Positions 1-9,336 of a stretch of 64,000 nucleotides of DNA are shown here, piece after piece. The stretch lies in assembly GCA_022750115.1 (NCBI GenBank), contig JAKIWI010000003.1:175948-239947 (forward strand). The letters run 5' to 3'. Positions within the stretch are counted from its first letter, which is position 1. Each line of letters starts with the position of its first letter. Origin of the DNA: Thermoplasmata archaeon. Lineage in GTDB: Archaea; Thermoplasmatota; Thermoplasmata; Lutacidiplasmatales; UBA184. The translations under genes were made by a program, and so were the position numbers. The notes below the pieces were generated by a model, which worked only from the letters and a program-made list of their open reading frames with translations, was not told where the DNA came from and made no database searches.

Positions 1-1
1 C

Positions 2-1651
2 GCGCGGCAGAAGCGCGAGACGCTCACGACGATCGCCCACGAGATCGCCCACCAGTGGTTCGGCAACCTGGTCACGATGCGGTGGTGGACCGACATCTGG
101 CTGAACGAGAGCTTCGCGACGTTCATGGAGGAGAAGATGATCGAGCGGCTCCACCCGTCGCTCGGCCTGTTCGACGATTTCCTCCTCGATTGGGGCTCGT
201 ACGCCCGCCTCGGCGACTCGCTCGAGTCGACGCACCCGATCCACGTGCCGGTCCACCACCCGAACGAGATCGGCGAGATCTTTGACGAGATCTCCTACGG
301 GAAGGGCGCGAGCGTGCTCCGGATGGTCGAAGCGCTGCTCGGCGAGGAGGAGTTCCGCGCGGGCGTCTCCGAGTATCTCAAGCAGCACGCCTACGGGAAC
401 GCGAGCAGCGAGGACCTGTGGGCGGCGCTCGAGCGCTCCTCGGGCCAACCGGTCGCCCCGCTCCTTTCCGAATGGGTCCGCCGCCCGGGCCTGCCGCTCC
501 TCGAGGCCGACTCGGTCGGCGACGACGTCGTCGTCCGGCAGAGGCGGTTCCGGATGAGCGGCGAGCACAGCGACGAGACCTGGCCGGTGCCCCTCGGGGT
601 GTACCGCGACGGCGTCGTAGAGCGCAAGCTGTTCTCGACCCACGAGACGACGGTCCCACGGAACGGAGCGACGCCGTTCCACCTCAATCCGGGGGGTCTC
701 GGGTTCTACCGGGTCCGCTACGACGCGAAACTTCTGGGAGAGCTTCTGGAGGCGTTCCCCGGGCTACCTCCGATCGACCGCTGGGCGGTCCTGGTCGACC
801 TGTACGCGTTCGTCATCTCGGGGGACGCCACCCTGGAGGAGTACCTCCGCTTCGTCTCCGCGAGCCGCGACTCGACGGACTACCTGATCGTCCACGAGCT
901 CGCGAATCAGATGGCGTCCGTCCGGCCGACCCGGATCACTCCCCTGGGCGCGCTGATCGCCGACACCGAGCCGTTCCAACGCCACGGCCTCGGATTCTTC
1001 CGGGCGCAGAACGAGCGGCTCGGCCTCGCTTCGCTCTCCGGCGAACCGGACACCGACGGGATCCTGCGGGAGCGCGTGGCGCTCGGGCTGTTGCCCTACG
1101 ACGATGCCTTCGCCCGCCGGCTGGCCGGCCATTTCGACGAGTACGACCGACTCGACCCGAATCTCCGCGAGCCGGTCGCCTACGCCTACGGCCGCGTCGG
1201 CGGAGCGAAGGCGCGGTCCGTCCTGCTCGACCGGATCCCGGTCGCGCGGAACGAGGGCGACCAGATGAAGCTCGAACGCGGGCTGGCCGGGCCGACCGAC
1301 CCCGCGCTCCTGCGCGGCGCGCTCGACGCCCTCGAATCTTCGACGATCAACCGCGCCCACGTCTCGGTCCTGGTCTACCAGGTCGCTCTGAATCCGGCGG
1401 GCCGCGCCGTCGCCTGGGAGTGGATCACGCGCCGGCTGCCCGAGCTCGCCCCGTCCTATCGGGGGACCGGGCTCGTCAGCGAGATTCTCCAGTGGGCGTT
1501 CCCGTTCGCGAGCTTGGACCTCTCGGATGCCGACGCTCGGGCGCCGTTCGAGGCGAAGCCGCTGCCGGAAGGCGAGCGGGGTCTTCGGAAGGGGCTCGAA
1601 TGGCGGCGTCTCTTCCGCCAGGTCCGGCGGCGCCTCCACCCCAGCGACTAA
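2..1651 (+). CDS. M1-family zinc aminopeptidase (aminopeptidase N / tricorn-interacting-factor-like), 5'-truncated by window edge
   Basis: Reading frame open from position 2; translation begins ...TIAHEIAHQWFGNLVTMRWWTDIWLNESFATF = HExxH(x18)E gluzincin motif of M1 peptidases; long C-terminal ERAP-like helical domain; ORF runs to stop at 1651. Confidence 0.85.
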   Translation, partial: ARQKRETLTTIAHEIAHQWFGNLVTMRWWTDIWLNESFATFMEEKMIERLHPSLGLFDDFLLDWGSYARLGDSLESTHPIHVPVHHPNEIGEIFDEISYGKGASVLRMVEALLGEEEFRAGVSEYLKQHAYGNASSEDLWAALERSSGQPVAPLLSEWVRRPGLPLLEADSVGDDVVVRQRRFRMSGEHSDETWPVPLGVYRDGVVERKLFSTHETTVPRNGATPFHLNPGGLGFYRVRYDAKLLGELLEAFPGLPPIDRWAVLVDLYAFVISGDATLEEYLRFVSASRDSTDYLIVHELANQMASVRPTRITPLGALIADTEPFQRHGLGFFRAQNERLGLASLSGEPDTDGILRERVALGLLPYDDAFARRLAGHFDEYDRLDPNLREPVAYAYGRVGGAKARSVLLDRIPVARNEGDQMKLERGLAGPTDPALLRGALDALESSTINRAHVSVLVYQVALNPAGRAVAWEWITRRLPELAPSYRGTGLVSEILQWAFPFASLDLSDADARAPFEAKPLPEGERGLRKGLEWRRLFRQVRRRLHPSD

Positions 1652-2169
1652 GGGGACCGGGCGCGCGTCCCGGGAGTCGGGCGCTTCGACCAGGTGCCAT
1701 CGCCCTTCGCCCAAATGTACCACGTGCCGTGCGCCTGGCTGAGGCGGACCCCGTCGCCGTCGTAGAGGTTCCCCTCGGCGAACGCGAGGTGTCGGCCGCG
1801 GCGAACGACCTCCCCCCGCGCCCGGAGGCGCGCGCCCTTCACGGCGGGCCGCAGGAACTCGATGTACAGGCTGGTCGTCGCCGTGACCTCGTCGTCCCGC
1901 AGCGTCGTCACGACGGCGCCGCCCATCGCGGTGTCGAGGATCGTCGCGTAGACGCCGCCGTGCACGACGCCGTTAACGTTGAGGTGGCGTGCCTTCACTT
2001 CGCCGGAGACGACGCAGATGCCCGCACCGGTGCCGACCGGGTCGACGGCGAAGCCGACCGACTTGTGGAACCCGCCGAGGCCGCCGGGGGTGAGCCAGCT
2101 GGGCGGCGGACGGACCGGCTTCGGTTCGGGAGCGGACCCGCTGGCCATCGTTCGCCGACGAAGCTCCAC
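1648..2169 (-). CDS. hotdog-fold acyl-CoA thioesterase (PaaI/YbgC-like)
   Basis: 173-aa ORF; core HLNVNGVVHGGVYATILDTAMGGA resembles PaaI/4HBT thioesterase motif; 4-bp overlap with upstream convergent gene end. Confidence 0.65.
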   Translation of the reverse strand: MELRRRTMASGSAPEPKPVRPPPSWLTPGGLGGFHKSVGFAVDPVGTGAGICVVSGEVKARHLNVNGVVHGGVYATILDTAMGGAVVTTLRDDEVTATTSLYIEFLRPAVKGARLRARGEVVRRGRHLAFAEGNLYDGDGVRLSQAHGTWYIWAKGDGTWSKRPTPGTRARSP

Positions 2170-2204
2170 GGCTGATAAGTAGTCCGTTCCGTGGTCCGCC
2201 CTCG

Positions 2205-3221
2205 ATGGCGCGCCGGCCGGTGGAGGCGTCGTTCGAGGCGGCGCCGAACATCGCGCTCGTCAAGTACTGGGGGGTCCGGGACGAAGCGCTCGGGCTTCCC
2301 TACAACAGCTCGCTGTCGGTCACGCTCAACCGGCTGAGGACCCGGACGACGGTCCGCTTTGACCCGAAACTTTCCAGCGACCGGTTCCTCCTCGACGGCG
2401 AGGCGCAGTCGGGCGGTCCCCTCACGTCGGTCAGCGGCTTCCTCGACACCGTCCGGGCGATCGCGCGATTCGAGACCCACGCGCTCGTCCGCTCCACGAA
2501 CAACTTCCAGACGGCGAGCGGCCTCGCGAGCAGCGCGAGCGGGTTCGCCGCGCTCGCAGGAGCCGCCTCGCTCGCGGCCGGCCTCCATCTCTCGCCCGCC
2601 GACCTTTCGCGGCTCGCCCGGCTCGGGTCGGGCAGCGCCTCGCGCTCGCTGTTCGGTGGCTTCGTGGAGTGGCGCGCCGGGACGCGCTCCGATGGGCGGG
2701 ACTGCTTCGCTCGCCCGCTCCATCCGCCGTCGCACTGGCCGAGCCTCGTCGACCTGGTCGCGATCATCGCGGACGCGCCGACGAAGCCGGTCCGTTCGTC
2801 GGTGGCGATGCAACGGACCGTGGCGACGTCCCCGACCTACGCCCAACGGCAGCGCGAACTCCCGCGGAGACTGCGAGCGATGAAGCGGGCGATCGCCGTG
2901 CGAGACGCGCCGACGCTGTTCGACCTCACGATGGAGGAGTGCGATAGCTTCCGGAACGTCTGCGAGACGACCGTCCCGACGCTCGACTACCTCGTGCCGG
3001 CCTCGCGGGCGGTGCTCGCGGACGTGAGGGCCGCGAACGAGGAGAACGGTACGACGCTCGCGGGCTACACCCACGATGCGGGCGCGCACGTCCACGTGTT
3101 CACACTCCAACGTCACGCCGGAACGCTCCGGCGCCGTCTCGCCCGCATCCACGGGGTCGCGAAGGTGCTCGCACTCTCGCCGGGGCGCGGTGCCCGCCCG
3201 ATCCGCCGGTGGCGCGCCTAG
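2205..3221 (+). CDS. GHMP-kinase-family mevalonate (di)phosphate decarboxylase homolog (MVD/PMD/mevalonate-3-kinase family)
   Basis: N-terminal APNIALVKYWGVRDE and ATP-binding SGLASSASGFAALAGAAS motifs typical of diphosphomevalonate decarboxylase family; 338 aa. Confidence 0.8.
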   Translation: MARRPVEASFEAAPNIALVKYWGVRDEALGLPYNSSLSVTLNRLRTRTTVRFDPKLSSDRFLLDGEAQSGGPLTSVSGFLDTVRAIARFETHALVRSTNNFQTASGLASSASGFAALAGAASLAAGLHLSPADLSRLARLGSGSASRSLFGGFVEWRAGTRSDGRDCFARPLHPPSHWPSLVDLVAIIADAPTKPVRSSVAMQRTVATSPTYAQRQRELPRRLRAMKRAIAVRDAPTLFDLTMEECDSFRNVCETTVPTLDYLVPASRAVLADVRAANEENGTTLAGYTHDAGAHVHVFTLQRHAGTLRRRLARIHGVAKVLALSPGRGARPIRRWRA

Positions 3222-3691
3222 GCCGGCCGCCGCTTCGCCTTCTTGGAGGCGCCCTTCGACCCGCGCTTCTTCTTCTTCCCGCGCTTCGGGACCGTGTAGA
3301 CCTCGAGGACGATGTCGTCGGGGTCAACCCACGTCGCGCTGACGTAGCCCGGGGCGAACTCCGGGTGCTCCTCGGTGCGGAAGATCGGATAGAGCTCCGA
3401 CTTGGCGAGCCGGTCCTCGACGGCCTGCACGCGCTCCGCCGACTCGACGTGGAACGCGAGGTGCTCGGCGATAACCTCCTCCTCCCCGGTCGGGGCCCGT
3501 CGCTTGACGCGGGGCGAGCGTTCGTGGATCAGCCAGACGGTGAGGTCGCCGTCCGTGTAGGCGACGTACCCGGTGTCCTGGACGAACCGTCGGAACCCGA
3601 GCTCTCCGAAGAACCGGTCGTAGAACCACGTCGTTCGGGCGACGTCGCTGACCTCGAGGGAAACGTGACGGAGAGCGGCGGTGGGCGCCAT
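3218..3691 (-). CDS. VOC/glyoxalase-family protein with Lys-rich C-terminal tail
   Basis: HVSLEVSDVARTTWFYDRFFGELGF start is typical of glyoxalase/bleomycin-resistance fold; KRGKKKKRGSKGASKKAKRR tail. Confidence 0.55.
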   Translation of the reverse strand: MAPTAALRHVSLEVSDVARTTWFYDRFFGELGFRRFVQDTGYVAYTDGDLTVWLIHERSPRVKRRAPTGEEEVIAEHLAFHVESAERVQAVEDRLAKSELYPIFRTEEHPEFAPGYVSATWVDPDDIVLEVYTVPKRGKKKKRGSKGASKKAKRRPA

Positions 3692-3738
3692 CGCCCGGCA
3701 GACCCCCCGGGGCTCTTAACGGCGGAGCGCGGCCGCGT

Positions 3739-4035
3739 TCAGCCGAAGCAGTTCAAGAACAGTACGGCGAGCAGGAGAAGACCGGGGGCGTTGTTGGCGA
3801 GGTCCCCCGATGCCCCGGACTCGGCGATGACCCCGAGGATCTGGAGGAGGAGCGCGAGCCCGGCGAGGACGAGGAACAGCCGACGGCGCGCCGGCCCGAG
3901 GGGACGCGCGGCCGGGTCCCACCATCGCGAGGTCAGGACAACGATCGCGACGACGGGCGCGAGGACGACCGCGTCGAACGCGAACGGCAGGAGGAGTCCC
4001 TTGACGTCGATGAGGAACCCGACCAGGTAGACCAT
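3739..4035 (-). CDS. small hypothetical membrane protein (3 predicted TM segments)
   Basis: 98-aa ORF, strongly hydrophobic segments; no recognisable family. Confidence 0.35.
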   Translation of the reverse strand: MVYLVGFLIDVKGLLLPFAFDAVVLAPVVAIVVLTSRWWDPAARPLGPARRRLFLVLAGLALLLQILGVIAESGASGDLANNAPGLLLLAVLFLNCFG

Positions 4036-4161
4036 CGTTAGCCCCGAGACGACGAGCCGGACCGTCTGCGGCTGAAGCCATCTCGGTGGCGGCGGGGGTG
4101 CGTCGGAATTCCCCTCGGGATCCGGCTTCGGCGCGCCGCGCGCGCTCAGGGGCCCGGCCCC

Positions 4162-4998
4162 CTACAGGATGTGCCGGTCGAAGTCGGACGGCGGAAGCTC
4201 GAGGCCCATAGCGTTCGTGAGGGGCGTGACCTCCTGAATGAACCGCTCCCGCGCCTCTTCGTTGGTCCAACGCTTGAGGCCGAGGGCGATCGCTTTGCGG
4301 CTCGTCTCCGAGTTGGAGTGGCCGAACATGTCGAGGGCGCGCGGGTACCACTTGTTGACGGCGGCCTGGGCCTCGGCCTTGTCGCCGTAGTACTTCGCCT
4401 CGTCTTTCGCGATGCGCCGCAGGACGGACGCGCCGAAGTTGAGGTGGAGCTGCTCCTCCGAGAGCATGAGCGGCATCGCGCGAGCGAGCGGCCCGTACGA
4501 GCATTCTTGGAACGCCCGCAGCTGGTAGACGCCGACCCGGTCGACGAAGCAGGTGAACGCGCCGACGTCGCTCCAGCGGTCGAACTTCATGTTGAACGCG
4601 TCGAGCTTGTGGTGGCCTTCCTCCTTCCCGAGGAGCTCGTCGATCATCTTCTGGCCCTCCTCGCCAAAGTCGCGGAGGATCCGGCACGCCTGGAGCCCGT
4701 GGCGGGCCTCGTCGGCAACGATCCGCGCCTCGATCCACCGGTCTTCGAGGGTCGGGGCCCGGTCGAGCCAGGGCCGGTGCTGTTGGATGGAGGCGAACTC
4801 GGTGTCCGCCTGGACGACCATGAGCTTCACGAGAAGCTTCCACATGTCGGCGGGGACCTCCTCGGCGGTCTCGTACTTGCGGACCCCCGCGGCGCTGCCC
4901 CACAGGATCTCGCGAACCGGTTCGATGGTGCCGCCGTCCTTCAGCGACTTCGGGACCGGGGCGCCCAGGTCCGTGCGCGGCCCGTCCGACTTCGCCAT
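4162..4998 (-). CDS. ferritin-like diiron oxygenase, PaaA-like (phenylacetyl-CoA 1,2-epoxidase subunit A family)
   Basis: Two ExxH diiron motifs (DEARHGL, EEQLHLNFG) in a ~280-aa four-helix-bundle-type protein; DTEFASIQQHRPW region resembles PaaA/PaaC. Confidence 0.6.
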   Translation of the reverse strand: MAKSDGPRTDLGAPVPKSLKDGGTIEPVREILWGSAAGVRKYETAEEVPADMWKLLVKLMVVQADTEFASIQQHRPWLDRAPTLEDRWIEARIVADEARHGLQACRILRDFGEEGQKMIDELLGKEEGHHKLDAFNMKFDRWSDVGAFTCFVDRVGVYQLRAFQECSYGPLARAMPLMLSEEQLHLNFGASVLRRIAKDEAKYYGDKAEAQAAVNKWYPRALDMFGHSNSETSRKAIALGLKRWTNEEARERFIQEVTPLTNAMGLELPPSDFDRHIL

Positions 4999-5018
4999 GC
5001 GGTGCGACCTTCTCTAGA

Positions 5019-5801
5019 CTACCGGCCCTTAAAGCTCGGTTTCCGCTTTTCGACGAACGCGGCGAGACCTTCCTTCGCGTCCTCGGTGACGAACAGGCGG
5101 TTCTGCAGCTCGCGCTCGAGCGCGAGGCCGCCGGTGAGCGGGAGTTCGACGCCCTCGAGGACCGAGCGCTTGATCAGGCTCACCGCGCGCGAAGGCCCAT
5201 GTGCCAGGGCCACGGCGTACGCGTGGACGTCCTTGACGAACGATTCCTTGGGGTACACGTAGTTCACGAGGCCGATCTGGAGCGCCTCGTCGGGGGTGAT
5301 CAGCTTGCCGGTGATCATCATGTCGAGGGCGCGGGACGTCCCGATGAGGCGGGGCAGACGCTGCGTGCCGCCGGTGCCCGGGAGCACGCCGAGGGTGACC
5401 TCGGGAAGCCCGAGCTTTCCGGAGTCCTTCGCCATCATCCGCAGGTCGCAGGAGAGCGCGATCTCGAGCCCGCCACCGACCGTGTGGCCATTGAGGGCCG
5501 CGATGACGACCTTCGGGGTCTTCGCGAACTTGTCGAGCGTCTCCTGCCAGTAGAGGCAGAAGTTCGCCTTGAAGTTCGGCTCGCTCGCCTTGAGCATCTC
5601 GATGTCGGCGCCGGCGCTGAAGAATCCGGGGGTTCCGCTCGCCAGGATGAGGACCCGGGCGTTGTCGTCGAACCGGAGCTCCTCGATCGCCTGGTCGAGC
5701 TCCTGGCGCATCTCGTTGTCGTAGGTGTTCGCCTTGCCCTTCGCGATCTCGATGTAACCGACGTGGTCCTCAACGCGCGTCCGGATGTACTTGCCTTGCA
5801 T
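5019..5801 (-). CDS. enoyl-CoA hydratase/isomerase (crotonase family)
   Basis: GFFSAGADI oxyanion-hole motif and NGHTVGGGLEIALSCD second motif; 260 aa. Confidence 0.8.
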   Translation of the reverse strand: MQGKYIRTRVEDHVGYIEIAKGKANTYDNEMRQELDQAIEELRFDDNARVLILASGTPGFFSAGADIEMLKASEPNFKANFCLYWQETLDKFAKTPKVVIAALNGHTVGGGLEIALSCDLRMMAKDSGKLGLPEVTLGVLPGTGGTQRLPRLIGTSRALDMMITGKLITPDEALQIGLVNYVYPKESFVKDVHAYAVALAHGPSRAVSLIKRSVLEGVELPLTGGLALERELQNRLFVTEDAKEGLAAFVEKRKPSFKGR

Positions 5802-5879
5802 CGATGTCTCGCTCCGAGAGGGGTCGGGCCAACGGAGTGCCCGCGATAAAGCTGACGCGCGCGACGCGCACCCCCGAAC

Positions 5880-6587
5880 TCAGCGCGACCCGCGCGCCCG
5901 CCGCTCTTCGACGGAGCCGTCGGGTCGGCCGATCAGGACCGTATTCGCGAGGCCGACGAAGAGACCCGTCTCCACGACCCCCGGGAACCCGTGGAGCTCG
6001 GCGTCGAGGCGACCGGGGTCCTCGAGCACCCCGGACGGACGCACATCGAGCACTTCGAGCCCATTGTCGGTGCGGAACGTTCCCTTCCCGTCGGCGGCCG
6101 GCCGGACCGTTGCGGGGAGTCCGCGGCCGTTCAGTTCGGCGAGGAGCGAGTCTCGGGCGTACGGCACGACTTCGACCGGGATCGCCGAGCGGGACCCGAG
6201 GTGCTCCACGAGCTTGCTCGGGTCGACGATAACCAGGAACTGTTGCGAGCGTCGTGCCAGGTACTTTTCCCGGAACAGCGCCCCTCCACCACCCTTGGTC
6301 AGCGACAACGACGGGTCGACCTCGTCGGCGCCGTCAATCATGAGGTCGAAGCGATCTCCCGCGGCCAGCGCGCGGATTGGGACGTGGAGTTCCCGGGCGA
6401 GGGCCTCCGTCCGCTCCGAGCTGGCGACGCAGGTGAGGCCCCCTCCGTCCGGGAACCGGGCGGCGAGCGCGGAGACCGCGTGGGCAGCCGTGGTGCCCGT
6501 TCCGAGGGCGACGCGCATCCCGGGTTGAACCCGACCGACGGCCGCCCGGGCAGCGGCCGCCTTCTCCGCCTCGTGCGGGTCGACCAT
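5880..6587 (-). CDS. rpiA: ribose-5-phosphate isomerase A
   Basis: VALGTGTTAAH, DGADEVD, TKGGGGALFREK motifs; start taken at internal ATG (6587) rather than the long GC-extended ORF start at 6725. Confidence 0.8.
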   Translation of the reverse strand: MVDPHEAEKAAAARAAVGRVQPGMRVALGTGTTAAHAVSALAARFPDGGGLTCVASSERTEALARELHVPIRALAAGDRFDLMIDGADEVDPSLSLTKGGGGALFREKYLARRSQQFLVIVDPSKLVEHLGSRSAIPVEVVPYARDSLLAELNGRGLPATVRPAADGKGTFRTDNGLEVLDVRPSGVLEDPGRLDAELHGFPGVVETGLFVGLANTVLIGRPDGSVEERRARGSR

Positions 6588-6714
6588 CGGCCGGACGGGG
6601 GTGGAATGCCCTATAAGCGGTTCGTCGGCCGGAGGAGGCCAGCCGCCGACACCCCAGACGCGAACGAGAGTGCGGCGCCAAAGTTGAAGGGACTCCTCCG
6701 TGTGGGCCGCGACC

Positions 6715-7428
6715 ATGGGCGCCACCGACCAGCCGGGTCCTCGCCCGGTCGTACTGTCGGTCGGCGGCTCGGTGATCTTGAGCGCGGACAGCGCCTCCGA
6801 TGCCCCCTACCTCACTGAACTGGCCGACGTGCTCCGGGAGTTCGGGCGGACCACCCCGCTCGCGGTCACGACTGGCGGTGGCCGGATCGCCCGGGAGTAC
6901 ATCCGGCTCGGACGCTTGCTCGGCCTCACGGAAGTAGAGCTCGATGAGGTCGGGATCGCGGTGACGCGAATCCATGCGCGATTGCTCGCCGCGCGCATCG
7001 GCCCGCCGACTCCGCTCACCCCCGCCGTGACGACCGAACAGGCGGCCCATGAGCTCCACCGCGCCTCGCCGGTCGTCCTCGGCGGCACCGAACCCGGGCA
7101 CACCACCGACGGCGTCGCCGCGATGTTGGCGGTTCGACTAAGAGCGGCCCGGCTCGTTAACGCGACCAGCGTCGCCGGCCTTTACGACCACGACCCACGG
7201 ACCCATCCGGACGCGCAGCGGCGGGAGCGTCTCGGCTGGGAGGAGTTCCGGGCGATCGTCCACGAGTCGGCCGGAGAGCACGCCGGCCAGGAGTTCGTCT
7301 TCGACCGGTTCGGGGCCGACCAGCTCCGCCGCGCCGGCATCCCGCTCGCGATCGTGGACGGGCGCGATCTGCCGAACCTTCGGAAGGCGCTCGCGGGGAA
7401 GCCGTTCCTCGGCACTTCCGTCGAGTAA
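6715..7428 (+). CDS. pyrH: UMP kinase (archaeal type)
   Basis: VLSVGGSVI...TTGGGRIAREYI amino-acid-kinase fold motifs; ~237 aa; alternative GTG start at 6700. Confidence 0.8.
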   Translation: MGATDQPGPRPVVLSVGGSVILSADSASDAPYLTELADVLREFGRTTPLAVTTGGGRIAREYIRLGRLLGLTEVELDEVGIAVTRIHARLLAARIGPPTPLTPAVTTEQAAHELHRASPVVLGGTEPGHTTDGVAAMLAVRLRAARLVNATSVAGLYDHDPRTHPDAQRRERLGWEEFRAIVHESAGEHAGQEFVFDRFGADQLRRAGIPLAIVDGRDLPNLRKALAGKPFLGTSVE

Positions 7429-7485
7429 GGCGGCCGGCCGTCTCCTCCGCACAAGGGTTTTCCCTTCCCGTCGGTCGGCGCGCGC

Positions 7486-8124
7486 ATGGTCCGCATCGTC
7501 CTCCTCGGCCCGCCGGGCGCTGGGAAGGGGACGCAGGCGAAGCAGCTCGCGAAGCGGCTCGGGATCCCCCACCTCTCCACGGGGGACCTTCTCCGCGAAG
7601 CCGTCCGGGCCAAGACCCCTCTCGGGCTCGAAGCGGACGACTACATGCGGGCGGGCAGGCTCGTCCCTGACGACCTCGTCCTCCGCATCCTGCGCGAACG
7701 TCTCGCGCGCCCGGACGTCGGGCCCGGGTTCATCCTCGACGGGTATCCCCGAAACGTCGCGCAGGCGAACGAACTCGCTCGCATCTCCCCCGTCGACCGG
7801 GTCATCTCCTTCGACATCCCCGAGGGGGTGCTCGTCGAGCGGCTCACGATGCGTCGCTCGTGCCCGGCCTGCGGCACGGTGTACAATCTCTCGACGCGGC
7901 CCCCGCAAACCGCGGGGGTCTGCGATAACGACCAGACCGCCCTCCTCCAGCGCTCGGACGATACGGCCGAGGCGGTCCGCACCCGGCTCGGAGTCTACCG
8001 GGCGGAGACCGCACCGTTGCTCGAGCATTTCCGGCGGCTCGGGCTCTTGGCTCCGATCGACGCGACCGGGACCCCCGAGCAGGTCGCGGAACGCCTTCGT
8101 TGGGCCCTCGAATCGCGGTCCTAA
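7486..8124 (+). CDS. adk: adenylate kinase (long bacterial-like form with Cys4 LID zinc knuckle)
   Basis: P-loop GPPGAGKGTQ; LID domain CPACGTVYN...CDNDQ; 212 aa. Confidence 0.9.
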   Translation: MVRIVLLGPPGAGKGTQAKQLAKRLGIPHLSTGDLLREAVRAKTPLGLEADDYMRAGRLVPDDLVLRILRERLARPDVGPGFILDGYPRNVAQANELARISPVDRVISFDIPEGVLVERLTMRRSCPACGTVYNLSTRPPQTAGVCDNDQTALLQRSDDTAEAVRTRLGVYRAETAPLLEHFRRLGLLAPIDATGTPEQVAERLRWALESRS

Positions 8125-8174
8125 CGAGGCCCGCGCGCGAAGCCTTATAGTCCGAGCCTCCGTCGACCCGGCAT

Positions 8175-8280
8175 CCCGGCTTAGCTCAGTGGTAGAGCGG
8201 GGGACTGTAGTCAGGACCGTCGAAGTTCGGCGGCCCCCGTAGATATCCTCAGGTCGCCTGTTCGAGTCAGGCAGCCGGGA
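8175..8280 (+). tRNA. tRNA-Tyr(GTA) with ~34-nt intron after position 37
   Basis: Acceptor CCCGGCT/AGCCGGG, D-arm GCTC-AGTGGTA-GAGC, anticodon stem GGGGA/TCCTC with loop CTGTAG|intron|A, T-arm GCCTG-TTCGAGT-CAGGC; intron position canonical for archaeal BHB splicing. Confidence 0.7.
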
Positions 8281-8312
8281 CCTGAGGTTCCGCGGCCGGT
8301 CGGGCGCCGGCC

Positions 8313-8720
8313 CTACTTAGCGGCCTTCTTCAGCGGGGAGGTAAGTTCGACGATGTTCCCGTCCGGGTCGAACACCTGGGAATTCCGAAGACCCATCCGG
8401 GGCCGGTCGGTCGGGGGCGAAGCGATGGCGACTCCCTTGGCCTTGACGCGCTGGTACTCTTGGTCGGCATCCTTCATCTGGACCGCCAAGCCGAGGCCCT
8501 CGCGTTTCCACGCCCGCGGGGTCGGTCCTGCGAGCCCGCCGACCGTCCTCCCGAAGGCGTGGTCGAGGATCACGAGGACGCTCTTTCCGCCCGTGAACTC
8601 GGCGTAGGGGTTCTCCCCGTCACCCTTCATGCCGAGCGTGTCGCGGTAGAACGAAAGCGACGCCTCGAAGTCGCGCACGTTCAGCATCGGACCGAAGAAC
8701 TTCGGAGCAGCGGCCTTCAT
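8313..8720 (-). CDS. VOC/glyoxalase-family protein
   Basis: MLNVRDFEASLSFYRDTLGM start, 135 aa, glyoxalase-like βαβββ pattern. Confidence 0.55.
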   Translation of the reverse strand: MKAAAPKFFGPMLNVRDFEASLSFYRDTLGMKGDGENPYAEFTGGKSVLVILDHAFGRTVGGLAGPTPRAWKREGLGLAVQMKDADQEYQRVKAKGVAIASPPTDRPRMGLRNSQVFDPDGNIVELTSPLKKAAK

Positions 8721-8765
8721 CGGACCGACGAGCCGACCGGGCTATTTCTACCGGCCGTTCCGTAC

Positions 8766-9200
8766 ATGAGTCAACAACACTTGGGAACACCCTCGACGAT
8801 GGCCGCCTGGCGTCAGCGTCGGCGCGACACGGCGATGCGCGCCGCCCGACGCGCGGAGGGGATCGACTGGCTCGCGGCAGGACTGACGAACGCCGAGGTG
8901 GCCGCCCGGTTGGGAGTGAGTCGCGCGGCCGTGTCTCACTGGGTGCGACGCGCGAACCTTGGGGGGCCGGAGGGCGTTCGGCCCATTCCTCGGAGGGGGC
9001 GCCCTCCGAAGGTCGCCCGCGCGATCTCGTCCACGCTTCCTCGGTTGCTCGCCCGGGGTCCGCGTCGATTCGGGTTCTCCAGCGATAACTGGAGCCGGAT
9101 CTGGATCCCGGAAGCGGCTTCGGCGGCTTGGGGGGTCCGATACTCCCGCGGGACGAGGCACCGTCTCCTCCTGGCCCAAGGATTCCGATGGCGTCGCACC
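8766..9200 (+). pseudogene. IS630/Tc1-mariner-family transposase N-terminal (HTH) remnant, DDE domain missing
   Basis: Translation LTNAEVAARLGVSRAAVSHWVRRANLGGPEGVRPIPRRGRPPKV...FGFSSDNWSRIWI...AWGVRYSRGTRHRLLLAQGFRWRR matches the paired-HTH N-terminus of IS630 transposases; frame then degenerates into Arg/Gly-rich nonsense running antisense into the next gene; no DDE motifs. Confidence 0.55.
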
Positions 9201-9336
9201 GGCGGGGGATCCGCCCCGGTCGTGCAAGGGGCGGGCGACCGTGGATCCGGATGGTCGCCGGGTCCCCGCGTGTTGCGGCTGCTGCGGCCCCACCGTCGGA
9301 TCGCCCGAGGCGGGCGGCGCCGTTCCGGGACGACCG

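Noticed and set aside
418-2175. 585-aa plus-strand ORF
   Set aside because: Out-of-frame overlap with the M1 aminopeptidase and thioesterase. Low-complexity translation.
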